A stretch of 42,807 bases of DNA. It comes from a virus (taxonomy: Duplodnaviria > Caudoviricetes). The notes beneath the pieces are model-generated. The model ran no database searches and was not told the origin of the DNA. It was given only the letters and a program-made list of their open reading frames with translations. Shown here in pieces: positions 17,541-26,403 of this stretch. Positions within the stretch are counted from its first letter, which is position 1, and each line of letters starts with the position of its first letter. The translations under genes and the position numbers were made by a program. The stretch spans positions 1 to 42,807 of the IMG/VR virus record IMGVR_UViG_3300034355_000650, one strand, 5' to 3'.

Positions 17541-17782
17541 TGGCCAAAAAAGCGCCACAATCTGCCCCTGCCAGCGTGCCTAATTCGGACTCATCCACCG
17601 AACAGGCACGCATTCAGGCGCCCGCACCGGCGCCGGCGGCAACCCAGTACCTTTGCACCATTCGAGACAACCCGACCCTTACCATACCGGCAGCAAACGC
17701 CGACGAGGCAGGGCAAAAATACTTATTAATCCTTGGCATAACAGCCACGGAAAACCCTATTACCGTCGTGGCGCTGACCTAA
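17540..17782 (+). CDS. Hypothetical protein
   Basis: TAATG coupling to the capsid gene. Confidence 0.7.
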   Translation: MAKKAPQSAPASVPNSDSSTEQARIQAPAPAPAATQYLCTIRDNPTLTIPAANADEAGQKYLLILGITATENPITVVALT

Positions 17783-17800
17783 CCGGCGCCCGGCGCTTTT

Positions 17801-20800
17801 ATGTTAAGGCAAGCCATGAAAAAAATTACCAGCGCTCAAAGCGCTTTTATTATTCGTATCATCGTTGAGGCAATGCAATCAACAAAAGCCGCAGGCAAGC
17901 GCCTTTTAGAAGCAGGCTTTACGGGACAGAAAAAAGATAAGCTAGGACATACACGTTATTACCAGGACGGCCGCCAGGTAAAAAATCCAAACGCAAAAGA
18001 AAAAGCCAACATCAACGCCGCCGCCGGCAAACCACTTCCCGCAGGGCAGGCACCTTCCCACGCCGACGCTGCAACCAGGGTGAACGCACTTCACGCCGAC
18101 GCACCGCCTGAGCACGTCGCCGCCCTAGCTAACGACTTGATGAATATGAGCGTTGAGGACTTAACCAAGCTGGCCAAGACACCAGAGCCCAAAGCAGCCG
18201 CAGCAAAAGCACCAGCACAAGACCATAACGCCATCCTAAAAAAACACAAAGCCGACTACAAAGCCGCAGCGGATTTTATGGACGACGCCGACACCTTAGA
18301 CGGAAAAAAAGAAGGCGACAACAAAATGAATGAGGTTATTCACAGCCTTGCAAATGAGCTAGGCGTGGATTATTTTGACGCCTACGACATGCTAGAAAAA
18401 GAAAACGACGAAGCCAACCCCGACAAAATAGCAGCAAAAGCCGCCGACGCAATTAAAGCTAACCCCAGCCACCTAAACGCCTACATCAAAGCTATGAGCA
18501 AAATAGACTCATCATTTGGGCATGGCGCTCTTGTTTCTTCCAATCAGTACAAGCAAGACGTAATTAATAACTTTGCAAAAAATACAGGTATTTCTTACAA
18601 CGACGCCGAAGACGCATTAATCCAAGCGCACGACGAAGAAAAAAAAAAGTCTAATGAATTAGCCCCCACAGCAAGCCCCGACAAGGCACCCACCGCCGCC
18701 GCAGATAAACCCGGCTTTACCGGCACCGACTCACAAGGCCGCCAATGGCAAGACGGTGAACTTGTCGCAGCCAAAGACAAACCAACCGACACGGCAGCCG
18801 CCGCCGCCGGCATGAACGCCGACGCCCTCGCACTGGACGCACTAAGGTTAAAAGCCAACAAGAAACCGCACAACGCCGCACACCTTACCCCCAACGCAAT
18901 AGCCAGCTTAAAACAACAAGGCTTTATCGACGCAGCCAACAAGCTAACCAACGACGGCAGGGCGCACTTATATCTTCAGAAGGGCAAAGCCGTACGCAAA
19001 GCAATAGGGCCAGCAAAGCCACAAGCCGCAGCAGCCCCCGCACCAGGAGCCCCCACAACCAACATGGGCGCCGACGCCGACGCACTGGAAGCGCTACGCC
19101 TTAAGAGCAACAAGAAACAACACAACGCCGGCCATATCACGCCCGACGCCGTCGCCAGTTTAAAGCGCCAAGGCTTTATTGATGAGGGCAACAAACTAAC
19201 ACCCGAAGGCAGATTGCACCTAGCCGCCCAAAAATTCAGCAACGCACCCAAACCAACCGGCGCACCAAAACCAAAATGGAAACGTGCCGCCCGAAATAAA
19301 GACAGTCTAATCAGCATCGTAAAACGCAGAGGCGGCATTAATTCGGACAGCGTAAAAGCCGGCTACGATTATCAAGCCGATATAGTCGAGGGCGGACTAT
19401 TGCACGCCATACGCAAACAAGGAACGGGCCTTGATGAAATGGCGGCAACCCTTCAATTAGAAGGTCATATCATCGTGCCCGAAGGCATGGACCCAGGCGA
19501 ACATTTATTAAATGAAATGAAAGCCCGCCACCATTCAGCTTTACGAAATACCGACAAAGAAATAGAATCAGAAGAACAAGCGTATTACAAAGCCAAACAA
19601 GAAGCATTAGAAAGGGGAGACGATGAGCGAGACATTGAAAGCAGTAGAAGCCGCGGCGCACAGACTGGCGAAAGCGCAGGCAAAGAAGAAGGTGCTCGAG
19701 CAGTCGATGAATGGGATAATAGCGGAACAGAAGCGCAGGGCAGCGGAGAGAACGCAGCCGTCACAGGCGACGGATACGACAGCGCAGACGCCAGCGACTA
19801 CGACAGGAACGCAGGCCAAGACGCCCCAGTAGATACAAGTTTCGACTTTGGTGCCAACGTCGATGAGCCAGCCGCACCGCCGGCAACAACCGGCAACAAC
19901 CAAGAGCAACCACCGTCAGCCGCCGCACCAGCAGCCGCAGCACCAGACGACGCCGTAGCCCGTCACATGATACGCCAGGCATTCACCGGCATTGACGCCC
20001 AGGGCAGGCAGTGGCAGAACGGCGAACTTGTAGCCGCCAAGGATGATAAACCAGCAGCCCCCGCAGGCAAAGCCAAACCAGAACCAGAACCCAAGGCCGA
20101 GCCCACACCCGAACCAGAAAAAAAGTCTACCAAATTTGAGAACCCCGGCGACGTAATAACGCCGTCAAGCCAATCTAGAACCGGCGAAAATCCACTTGAA
20201 GTCTTAAGCATTAAAGACGGATGGGCCCTCGTAGGATATGCAAACCGCCCTGACGGGCCGAGAGTGCGCATGCCCTCAGAATCATTAGACTTGTTCCGCC
20301 AAGACCAACAAGGCAGAGTAGATTTACCTGACCACACCGGCAGCGAAGCAATCGACAAAATATCCAACGGAAAAGGTAAGCTACTAGGCAGCGGCGACGA
20401 CGGGCTCGCCTACGACGCAGGCGACAAGGTCGTAAAAGTTTCAACCACGGCGCACTTCCATGCTTTCGGCCATGAGCACCGATCACCAGCGGAAGCCGTG
20501 CATAGGCTAAAAGGCCAAGCCGAAATTAACAACGATATGATTAAGGCCGGCGTGCCGGGGCTTCTACCCCAAACCTTTGAAGAGCATGGCAACCGTGGAT
20601 TTATAACCATGGAGAAGCTCGACACAACCACCAAGCTTACCCCCGAGCAAGTCGATGAAGTAGCTAGAAACATCGAGGCCATGCACAAACTAGGTTACGT
20701 TCTCGGCGATCAAATCCAAGTCGGCATAGACTTTGCAGGGCACCCAAAAATTTTCGACACAGGCAAAGCCGTAAAGGCAGGCAGTGGCGGCTATTCAAAG

Positions 20801-23800
20801 GAAGATCACTTTGACTACGACAATTCAAATCTCGAAAGATTTTTCAAAGATAACGGTTTAACCTATGAAGACCCAGAGCAAAAAAAGCTTACAAATCTAA
20901 GAGATTCAACAAGGGCGCAAATTGAAAAAATAAAAGCAGCGCCAAAAAATATCGACCAAGGAAAAGCACAATTTTTACTGCATAACTTTTCATTGCACCT
21001 AAATCTTTTAGCACACCAAACAGGCGGCGTCCTTTACGCCTACGCTATGGCAGACGACCCAGATGTTAAAAAGCTAGAGTTAATTGCTCGGCACACCATA
21101 GACACCGACAGTTTCCACGACAAAAACGTAAAAAAACTTAAACCAATGGACGCACCCGCACCAGCGGCGGCCGCACCTGACCAGCCAGGCTTTACCGGCA
21201 CCGACTCAGAAGGCAGAGAGTGGCAAAATGGTAAACTAGTCGCCGCCAAGGATGATGGGCCAGCAGCACCAGCAGGCAAAGCCGCATCAGATGAGCCAAA
21301 TGAAACGCCAACGGCAAAAGAGCCCTGGGAAATGACACGGGCAAATTTACCTAAAAAATCACAATACGACACAGTTACACACGTAGACACGCAACGATTT
21401 GGGAAAATTCCCATAACGGACGCGTTAGCAAAATTGCGTCAAGGTATTGGTCTTGGATACGGGGGTAACAGAGTAGTAACCGCCCATTACCCCGACGGCA
21501 CAAAACAAAGCTTAGCAGGCGATTTAAACGGCTTTAACACCATGTCAGGGTCAGAAGTAATTACAGCAAAAGATAATCATTACAACGCCGTCAAGGCAGC
21601 CCTTGACGCCGGCAAAAATGTTTCCCCCGAAGTATTAGCAGACTACCCCGACCTACAACCAAAAACACCAGCCCCCGCAGCAGCAGCCCCCGACCCCGAC
21701 CCAGTCACCGAGCCCAGCACGCCAGCAGCAGCGGCCGCACAACCACAACCCGACGACACACCACGCACAGCAGCCGCCAGAGTATCCGCCGCAATGGAAG
21801 GCGATTTTGAAAACGCTAGGGCCAGCGCCGTGCCTAACATGGGCAAAGACCTTAAAGGCAGCGCACGCCACAAAGCAATGGCATGGAAAGGGCTGCAAGA
21901 CGCCGAAGCCAATGGCACCGCAGAAGCCCTTGTAAAACGTGATGAACTATTAAAACACGACCCAAGTAACCTAAGCTCAATTCTGGACGCCGACAACTTT
22001 TTAGAAGTTTTAACCGGCCACCTTGCTATGCAAGCATTCCCCAAAGAAGTACACAACTACGCCCAATACGTCAGCAACATCAACGAACATAAAAGCACCC
22101 CAGCAGAATTGCGTGAACAATACTATGAAGCTTTTACAGAGATTAAAAAAATAGTTGAAGAAGGCCCAGCAGTAGAAGTTGACCACAAGGAAATAACTAG
22201 AAACATCAACAAAAAACTAAAGGAACTAATATCTAAATTTAGAAAAGAAGGGCAAGGCGAGCCATCTCCAAGACTAGGAAAAAACTACGACGGCGACCGA
22301 TATAACCCAGTAGCCAACAGCCTAATTAATATGCAGCAGCGAATCTTAAACGACGGGCCCGCAAGCGTCCTTGGCAAAGTAAATGATTTTGGGCGCAGAC
22401 TGCAAAAAACTACAAAAGACGGCCGCCCATCCGCCGAAACTTTAAACCTAGCAATAAAAGCCACAGGCGACATACTTGAGGGTAAAAGCTTTAACCAAGC
22501 ATTTGACACCGTCGAAAAAAAAGCCGCAGGATTCGATTATAGCTTGGCCTATGGCACCAAAATAACCAGAACAGGCGGGAAAAAAATAGACATGAGCGAA
22601 CAATCAACCAGCAGCCCAGGCGCCAAAGTATTTATGGACGACATGAAGGTTAGAGGCGTTCAATTTGGTAACAGCTTGCCAGACCAAGAACGAGTTTATC
22701 ACGCAGAAAAATCAGCAGAGGCCCTATCAGACTTAACCAGCATTCTTGGCCTACCCGATGATGCAGCCGGCCTAGGCGGTAAACTGGGCCTTGCTATTGG
22801 TGCAAGAGGTAAAGCAGGGGCAGCGGCGCACTTTGAACCATGGCAAGCCGACAACGACGCTAGCGGCACCGCAGGCGGGCCCGTTATTAACTTAACCCGT
22901 GCCAACGGCGCCGGAAGCCTAGCGCACGAATGGGGCCACGGCCTTGACCACTTCGCAGCCAACAACGGCCCCGGAGGAAAAAAATTCGTAAGCAAAGGCA
23001 ACGGGTCAAACTTGTCGCCGTTGACTAGTAAGGCAATGAAAAAGGTCCAAGAAGCAATGGACGCTAGCGGATTTTCTAGCCGACTTGAAGAAGAAATAAA
23101 ACTTATTCCAGCGGAAAAACAACGGCACAATTTAAACACCAAAACCGAGCGAGACTATTGGCGCAGCCCCGAAGAAAAATTTGCCCGCACCTTCGAGCGC
23201 CATGTACAAAACAAATTACACGAAGCCGGAAGGGAAAACACTTACCTAACCGGGCTTCATAAAGTCGGCCACCCACTTTGGCCAACCAATGAAGAAATGG
23301 CACACATAGCGCCGCATATGGACGCCCTTATTGCAGCTATTGCCGCCGAAAAATTCCCAAACCACAAAATGCCCGCCCCAGCACCCGCAGCGCCAAGGGC
23401 AGCAAGCCCAGCGCCAGCAGCCGCGGCGCCAGCCGAGCCAAAGGCCGACAACCCAGCGCATGCAGCATGGATAAAACGAGGCAGCAATCCAGAGGAAAAT
23501 CGTAGCGACGCTTTTCAAGCCGTCCACGGCAAACGGCCAACTTTTCAAGAGCTACACGGCGGCCCCGGCGGATTAGTAGAAAAGCTTAAAGGGCAAACCG
23601 TAAAATCAATGACAAACCCAAGCAGCACCATTACCGACGTTACGCCCGCAGGCTACGGGCCCGGCGGGGCCGACAGCGCACCGCCGCCGGCAAAAAAAGA
23701 AACAGCGGCAGAACAAGCCGAAAGAGTAGGCATACAATTTTGGGCACAACGAAAGTTCAAAAACATTGAACACGCCAAAAATTTTGCAAACTGGTTTAAA

Positions 23801-24412
23801 GGATCAAAAGTAAAAAATGAAAACAACGAGCCATTAGTAGTTTACCACGGTGCCAGTGAGGACTTTGACACATTTAGCAACCAAAAAAGCAGAACAGGCG
23901 ATTCGACCGAAGGGTTTTGGATGGCTTCAAACCCAGATGAGGCCAATGAATATAGCTTTTCAAAAGGTACATATAAAGGAATAATAAAACCAACATACCT
24001 ACAAGTTCAAAATCCCTATATTGTAGATGCAAAAGGCAAAGACCACTACGACCCTTTACTAAATAAACAAGCCATAGAAGAAGCAAAAAAAGGCGGACAC
24101 GACGGCGTAATAATTAAAAATTATAGCCCCGCTGGGCATAAAGGAGATTATTATTTTGTTTTCTCGCCCAATCAAATTAAATCAGCCACCGGCAACCGTG
24201 GCACCTATGACCCCAATAGCCCAAAAACAACCGAGGCCACCATGCCCACCAACGAGAAAGCGCAAAAAATCAAGCTAGTGCAGGCGATTATTGCCCGTAA
24301 AGGTATTAAGCCACCGCAGCCCAAAGCCCAAGCAAAAAAAACCCCCGAAGCCAGCGGCGACGCCGACCCCAGGGTAAAACGGATTAGGGAACTTATGGAC
24401 GCCTATTGCTAG
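17801..24412 (+). CDS. Large polyvalent protein: protein-kinase-like domain, zincin metallopeptidase/LPD1 region, C-terminal ADP-ribosyltransferase (ART-PolyVal-like)
   Basis: Kinase LGSGDDG-VVKV-MEKLD-MHKLGYVLGD-IFDTG (about 20375-20770); VQFGN...GSLAHEWGHGLD...YWRSPEEKFARTFE (about 22650-23300); WFKGSKV...PLVVYHG...GFWM...YL..QNP...GHDGVII...FSPNQIKSATGNRGTYD (about 23780-24220). Confidence 0.85.
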   Translation: MLRQAMKKITSAQSAFIIRIIVEAMQSTKAAGKRLLEAGFTGQKKDKLGHTRYYQDGRQVKNPNAKEKANINAAAGKPLPAGQAPSHADAATRVNALHADAPPEHVAALANDLMNMSVEDLTKLAKTPEPKAAAAKAPAQDHNAILKKHKADYKAAADFMDDADTLDGKKEGDNKMNEVIHSLANELGVDYFDAYDMLEKENDEANPDKIAAKAADAIKANPSHLNAYIKAMSKIDSSFGHGALVSSNQYKQDVINNFAKNTGISYNDAEDALIQAHDEEKKKSNELAPTASPDKAPTAAADKPGFTGTDSQGRQWQDGELVAAKDKPTDTAAAAAGMNADALALDALRLKANKKPHNAAHLTPNAIASLKQQGFIDAANKLTNDGRAHLYLQKGKAVRKAIGPAKPQAAAAPAPGAPTTNMGADADALEALRLKSNKKQHNAGHITPDAVASLKRQGFIDEGNKLTPEGRLHLAAQKFSNAPKPTGAPKPKWKRAARNKDSLISIVKRRGGINSDSVKAGYDYQADIVEGGLLHAIRKQGTGLDEMAATLQLEGHIIVPEGMDPGEHLLNEMKARHHSALRNTDKEIESEEQAYYKAKQEALERGDDERDIESSRSRGAQTGESAGKEEGARAVDEWDNSGTEAQGSGENAAVTGDGYDSADASDYDRNAGQDAPVDTSFDFGANVDEPAAPPATTGNNQEQPPSAAAPAAAAPDDAVARHMIRQAFTGIDAQGRQWQNGELVAAKDDKPAAPAGKAKPEPEPKAEPTPEPEKKSTKFENPGDVITPSSQSRTGENPLEVLSIKDGWALVGYANRPDGPRVRMPSESLDLFRQDQQGRVDLPDHTGSEAIDKISNGKGKLLGSGDDGLAYDAGDKVVKVSTTAHFHAFGHEHRSPAEAVHRLKGQAEINNDMIKAGVPGLLPQTFEEHGNRGFITMEKLDTTTKLTPEQVDEVARNIEAMHKLGYVLGDQIQVGIDFAGHPKIFDTGKAVKAGSGGYSKEDHFDYDNSNLERFFKDNGLTYEDPEQKKLTNLRDSTRAQIEKIKAAPKNIDQGKAQFLLHNFSLHLNLLAHQTGGVLYAYAMADDPDVKKLELIARHTIDTDSFHDKNVKKLKPMDAPAPAAAAPDQPGFTGTDSEGREWQNGKLVAAKDDGPAAPAGKAASDEPNETPTAKEPWEMTRANLPKKSQYDTVTHVDTQRFGKIPITDALAKLRQGIGLGYGGNRVVTAHYPDGTKQSLAGDLNGFNTMSGSEVITAKDNHYNAVKAALDAGKNVSPEVLADYPDLQPKTPAPAAAAPDPDPVTEPSTPAAAAAQPQPDDTPRTAAARVSAAMEGDFENARASAVPNMGKDLKGSARHKAMAWKGLQDAEANGTAEALVKRDELLKHDPSNLSSILDADNFLEVLTGHLAMQAFPKEVHNYAQYVSNINEHKSTPAELREQYYEAFTEIKKIVEEGPAVEVDHKEITRNINKKLKELISKFRKEGQGEPSPRLGKNYDGDRYNPVANSLINMQQRILNDGPASVLGKVNDFGRRLQKTTKDGRPSAETLNLAIKATGDILEGKSFNQAFDTVEKKAAGFDYSLAYGTKITRTGGKKIDMSEQSTSSPGAKVFMDDMKVRGVQFGNSLPDQERVYHAEKSAEALSDLTSILGLPDDAAGLGGKLGLAIGARGKAGAAAHFEPWQADNDASGTAGGPVINLTRANGAGSLAHEWGHGLDHFAANNGPGGKKFVSKGNGSNLSPLTSKAMKKVQEAMDASGFSSRLEEEIKLIPAEKQRHNLNTKTERDYWRSPEEKFARTFERHVQNKLHEAGRENTYLTGLHKVGHPLWPTNEEMAHIAPHMDALIAAIAAEKFPNHKMPAPAPAAPRAASPAPAAAAPAEPKADNPAHAAWIKRGSNPEENRSDAFQAVHGKRPTFQELHGGPGGLVEKLKGQTVKSMTNPSSTITDVTPAGYGPGGADSAPPPAKKETAAEQAERVGIQFWAQRKFKNIEHAKNFANWFKGSKVKNENNEPLVVYHGASEDFDTFSNQKSRTGDSTEGFWMASNPDEANEYSFSKGTYKGIIKPTYLQVQNPYIVDAKGKDHYDPLLNKQAIEEAKKGGHDGVIIKNYSPAGHKGDYYFVFSPNQIKSATGNRGTYDPNSPKTTEATMPTNEKAQKIKLVQAIIARKGIKPPQPKAQAKKTPEASGDADPRVKRIRELMDAYC

Positions 24413-24611
24413 GCGCCTTAGCTTTAGGCGTTTCCGCAATTTTACGGCCTACAATAGCGGGCACGTCAAACAAGCCAGAATTATGCAGCGCTTTAACTGC
24501 AAAGCGCACAGCGGCCGCATACGTAGCCAAACCAAAATGGCACCTAATAGCGTCAAGCCTGGCAATATCTTCAGCGGACAAACGAAATTGAATCGGCTTA
24601 TCATTTTTCAC
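24393..24611 (-). CDS. Ribbon-helix-helix (CopG/Arc-like) protein
   Basis: PIQFRLSAEDIARLDAI...TYAAAVRFAV; GTG at 24611 lies just after the upstream gene's stop. Confidence 0.7.
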   Translation of the reverse strand: MKNDKPIQFRLSAEDIARLDAIRCHFGLATYAAAVRFAVKALHNSGLFDVPAIVGRKIAETPKAKAPSNRRP

Positions 24612-24612
24612 T

Positions 24613-25068
24613 TTACACCCCCACAAAATTAAAGAATTGTTGAACCAAAACACGGGCCACCTTAGCCCCATTTTTCAAGAATTGCAATCGTTGGCCCAAT
24701 CCCATACCCTTCAATGGAAACTCAGATTTATAGTATGTCATGGGGCCAGCATACAACGACCCGCCCAAAACTACAAACTCTTGATCTTCAGAAAAAACTT
24801 TTCGCACTTGTTTGCCAAGCTTAGTACACCAAGCGCCATAGCCCCACCTATTCATTTTGTTGAGCGTTTTTTCGTAAGGTTCGATAATCGTGTTAGGGTG
24901 CAGCAAACCGTGCTCGGCAGATAAGATATACCATTCGGTAATACCTTGATTCTTCAGCCATTCAACCGACAAGGTAAACAGCGGCGAGGTGTACATGTCG
25001 CCGGCGGCGCAGGCAAAAGCCTTTTTTGTTTTTACGCAGCCCACTATGCCAATTTTTTTATTATTCAT
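24613..25068 (-). CDS. DUF6884-like protein
   Basis: IVGCxKxK...AxDMYxSxLF...WYILSAxHGLL...IEPYExTL...PLxGMGLGQRLQ. Confidence 0.75.
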   Translation of the reverse strand: MNNKKIGIVGCVKTKKAFACAAGDMYTSPLFTLSVEWLKNQGITEWYILSAEHGLLHPNTIIEPYEKTLNKMNRWGYGAWCTKLGKQVRKVFSEDQEFVVLGGSLYAGPMTYYKSEFPLKGMGLGQRLQFLKNGAKVARVLVQQFFNFVGV

Positions 25069-25069
25069 T

Positions 25070-25252
25070 TTAATAACCCATCCAATAAATAAATTCGTTT
25101 CTAGCCATTGCCTTTGTTTTATGCCCGTTTGTCTTCATAATTTCAGTAGCTTTTTTTGCAGCTTCTAAGCAAGTTCCAACAAAAAAGGTTGTTGTAAAAG
25201 AACCTTTTACCACTTCAGAAACCAAATAAAACCCTTCAATTTTTTCGTCCAT
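25070..25252 (-). CDS. Hypothetical protein
   Basis: RBS AAAGGAG; first gene of the antisense three-gene operon; AT-rich. Confidence 0.65.
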   Translation of the reverse strand: MDEKIEGFYLVSEVVKGSFTTTFFVGTCLEAAKKATEIMKTNGHKTKAMARNEFIYWMGY

Positions 25253-25274
25253 TTTTCCGTCTCCTTTTTTTGTT

Positions 25275-25328
25275 TCCGATATTTTCCGCCGCCAGTATTT
25301 GTATATCGGATGTATATCGTTTTAGCAA
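25275..25328 (-). promoter_or_regulatory. Candidate promoter/operator of the antisense operon
   Basis: TGTATATCG at 25300-25308 and 25311-25319, inverted TCCGATAT at 25275-25282; minus-strand TTGCTA-17-TATACA. Confidence 0.5.
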
Positions 25329-25361
25329 TATTAAATCTTGCTTTTTTTAAAAATAAAATTA

Positions 25362-25371
25362 GGTCATTTAT
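25362..25371 (+). promoter_or_regulatory. Phage motif GGTCATTTAT
   Basis: Exact 10-mer where the + strand genes resume after the antisense operon; ATG at 25388. Confidence 0.75.
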
Positions 25372-25387
25372 AAGAAAGGGGCAAAAC

Positions 25388-25612
25388 ATGGCAAAAAGTA
25401 TTGCAGAACAGTTAGAAGACCTAAAAACAATTCGAGACGGTTATTTGACCGCATTGGTTGCCGACGCCGCCAACCCGCAGCCGTCGTATTCATGGGAAGG
25501 CGTCAGCGTTGACCGTATGACCTGGCGGGAAAAACTAGCCGCCCAAATAGGCGTGATGAATAGCATGGCCACCAGGATCAGCCCGACGGAAATTCGAGGG
25601 CAAATAATCTAA
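25388..25612 (+). CDS. Head-tail adaptor (gpW-like)
   Basis: Helix-PSYSWEGVSV-helix; RBS AGAAAGGGG. Confidence 0.6.
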   Translation: MAKSIAEQLEDLKTIRDGYLTALVADAANPQPSYSWEGVSVDRMTWREKLAAQIGVMNSMATRISPTEIRGQII

Positions 25613-25962
25613 TGCCGACCATCGACACAACAGGCGGTTGGGAAATGTTAGACAACCCTGAGCGCATTACGCTAAGAAACCCAGATAATCAAGAGGTTAC
25701 GATTGACTACGGTTTTAGACGCATGAGCAGGCTTGTTTTCGTCGATGAAGCAGGCTTGCAACGCCCAGGGCAAACGCAAAGATGGCTTGTTTGGTCGGCG
25801 CACCTAGGCCATTTTAAGCCGGTCCCAAATTGCCGCATAACCGACGCCGACAATAAACATTATTTTACCGACGACGTCACTTACCAAGGCAACGGCGCTT
25901 ACTTCGCCCTAGAAACAACCACCGAAGCCGGCCCCCAATTCCCGACGGCGCACGACTCATGA
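25612..25962 (+). CDS. Putative head closure protein
   Basis: Size, beta-rich pattern and synteny only. Confidence 0.5.
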   Translation: MPTIDTTGGWEMLDNPERITLRNPDNQEVTIDYGFRRMSRLVFVDEAGLQRPGQTQRWLVWSAHLGHFKPVPNCRITDADNKHYFTDDVTYQGNGAYFALETTTEAGPQFPTAHDS

Positions 25963-26402
25963 GCAGCACCTACTTCAACATTCTAGAAGCCGTTAAACAG
26001 CGTGTTATTAGCGTTTCAAACGAAATTACGCCCGTAATACGTAAGCGCCCAATATTGCTAGCAACCGACGCAATACCGGCCATTATTATCAGCCCTGGGC
26101 CCGGCGCCGAAACCGTCGGGCTAGAAGCGTTTGGGCAAGTAGTTGAGTATCTTTACCCAGTCACAATAACCGTTGTGGCAGCGTCGGACCGAGTAACGGA
26201 AGTAGAAGTTTACGGCGCCCTAGAATTGCGGGAAAGTATCCGCCAGGCAATGTACCAGCCATTACTAGCAGGCGTCGCTAGCGTCGTTAACACCACTATT
26301 GACCTAGACCCGCCTTACAGCACGGCGGCCGGACCTGGCACCGTGTACGACGTTACAGCAATTCGATTAACCTTTAGCAGCATCGAAAACAGGAGCGCAT
26401 AA
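25959..26402 (+). CDS. Putative tail terminator/completion protein
   Basis: PAIII motif, alpha/beta pattern, synteny. Confidence 0.5.
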   Translation: MSSTYFNILEAVKQRVISVSNEITPVIRKRPILLATDAIPAIIISPGPGAETVGLEAFGQVVEYLYPVTITVVAASDRVTEVEVYGALELRESIRQAMYQPLLAGVASVVNTTIDLDPPYSTAAGPGTVYDVTAIRLTFSSIENRSA

Positions 26403-26403
26403 A

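Noticed and set aside
17777-17800. GACCTAACCGGCGCCCGG resembling GACCTAGACCGGGGCGCCCGG at 886-904
   Set aside because: Only two gapped GC-rich copies; cannot be separated from chance
25310-25387. N-terminal extension of the head-tail adaptor from ATG 25310
   Set aside because: AT-rich regulatory region; the motif and RBS point to ATG 25388
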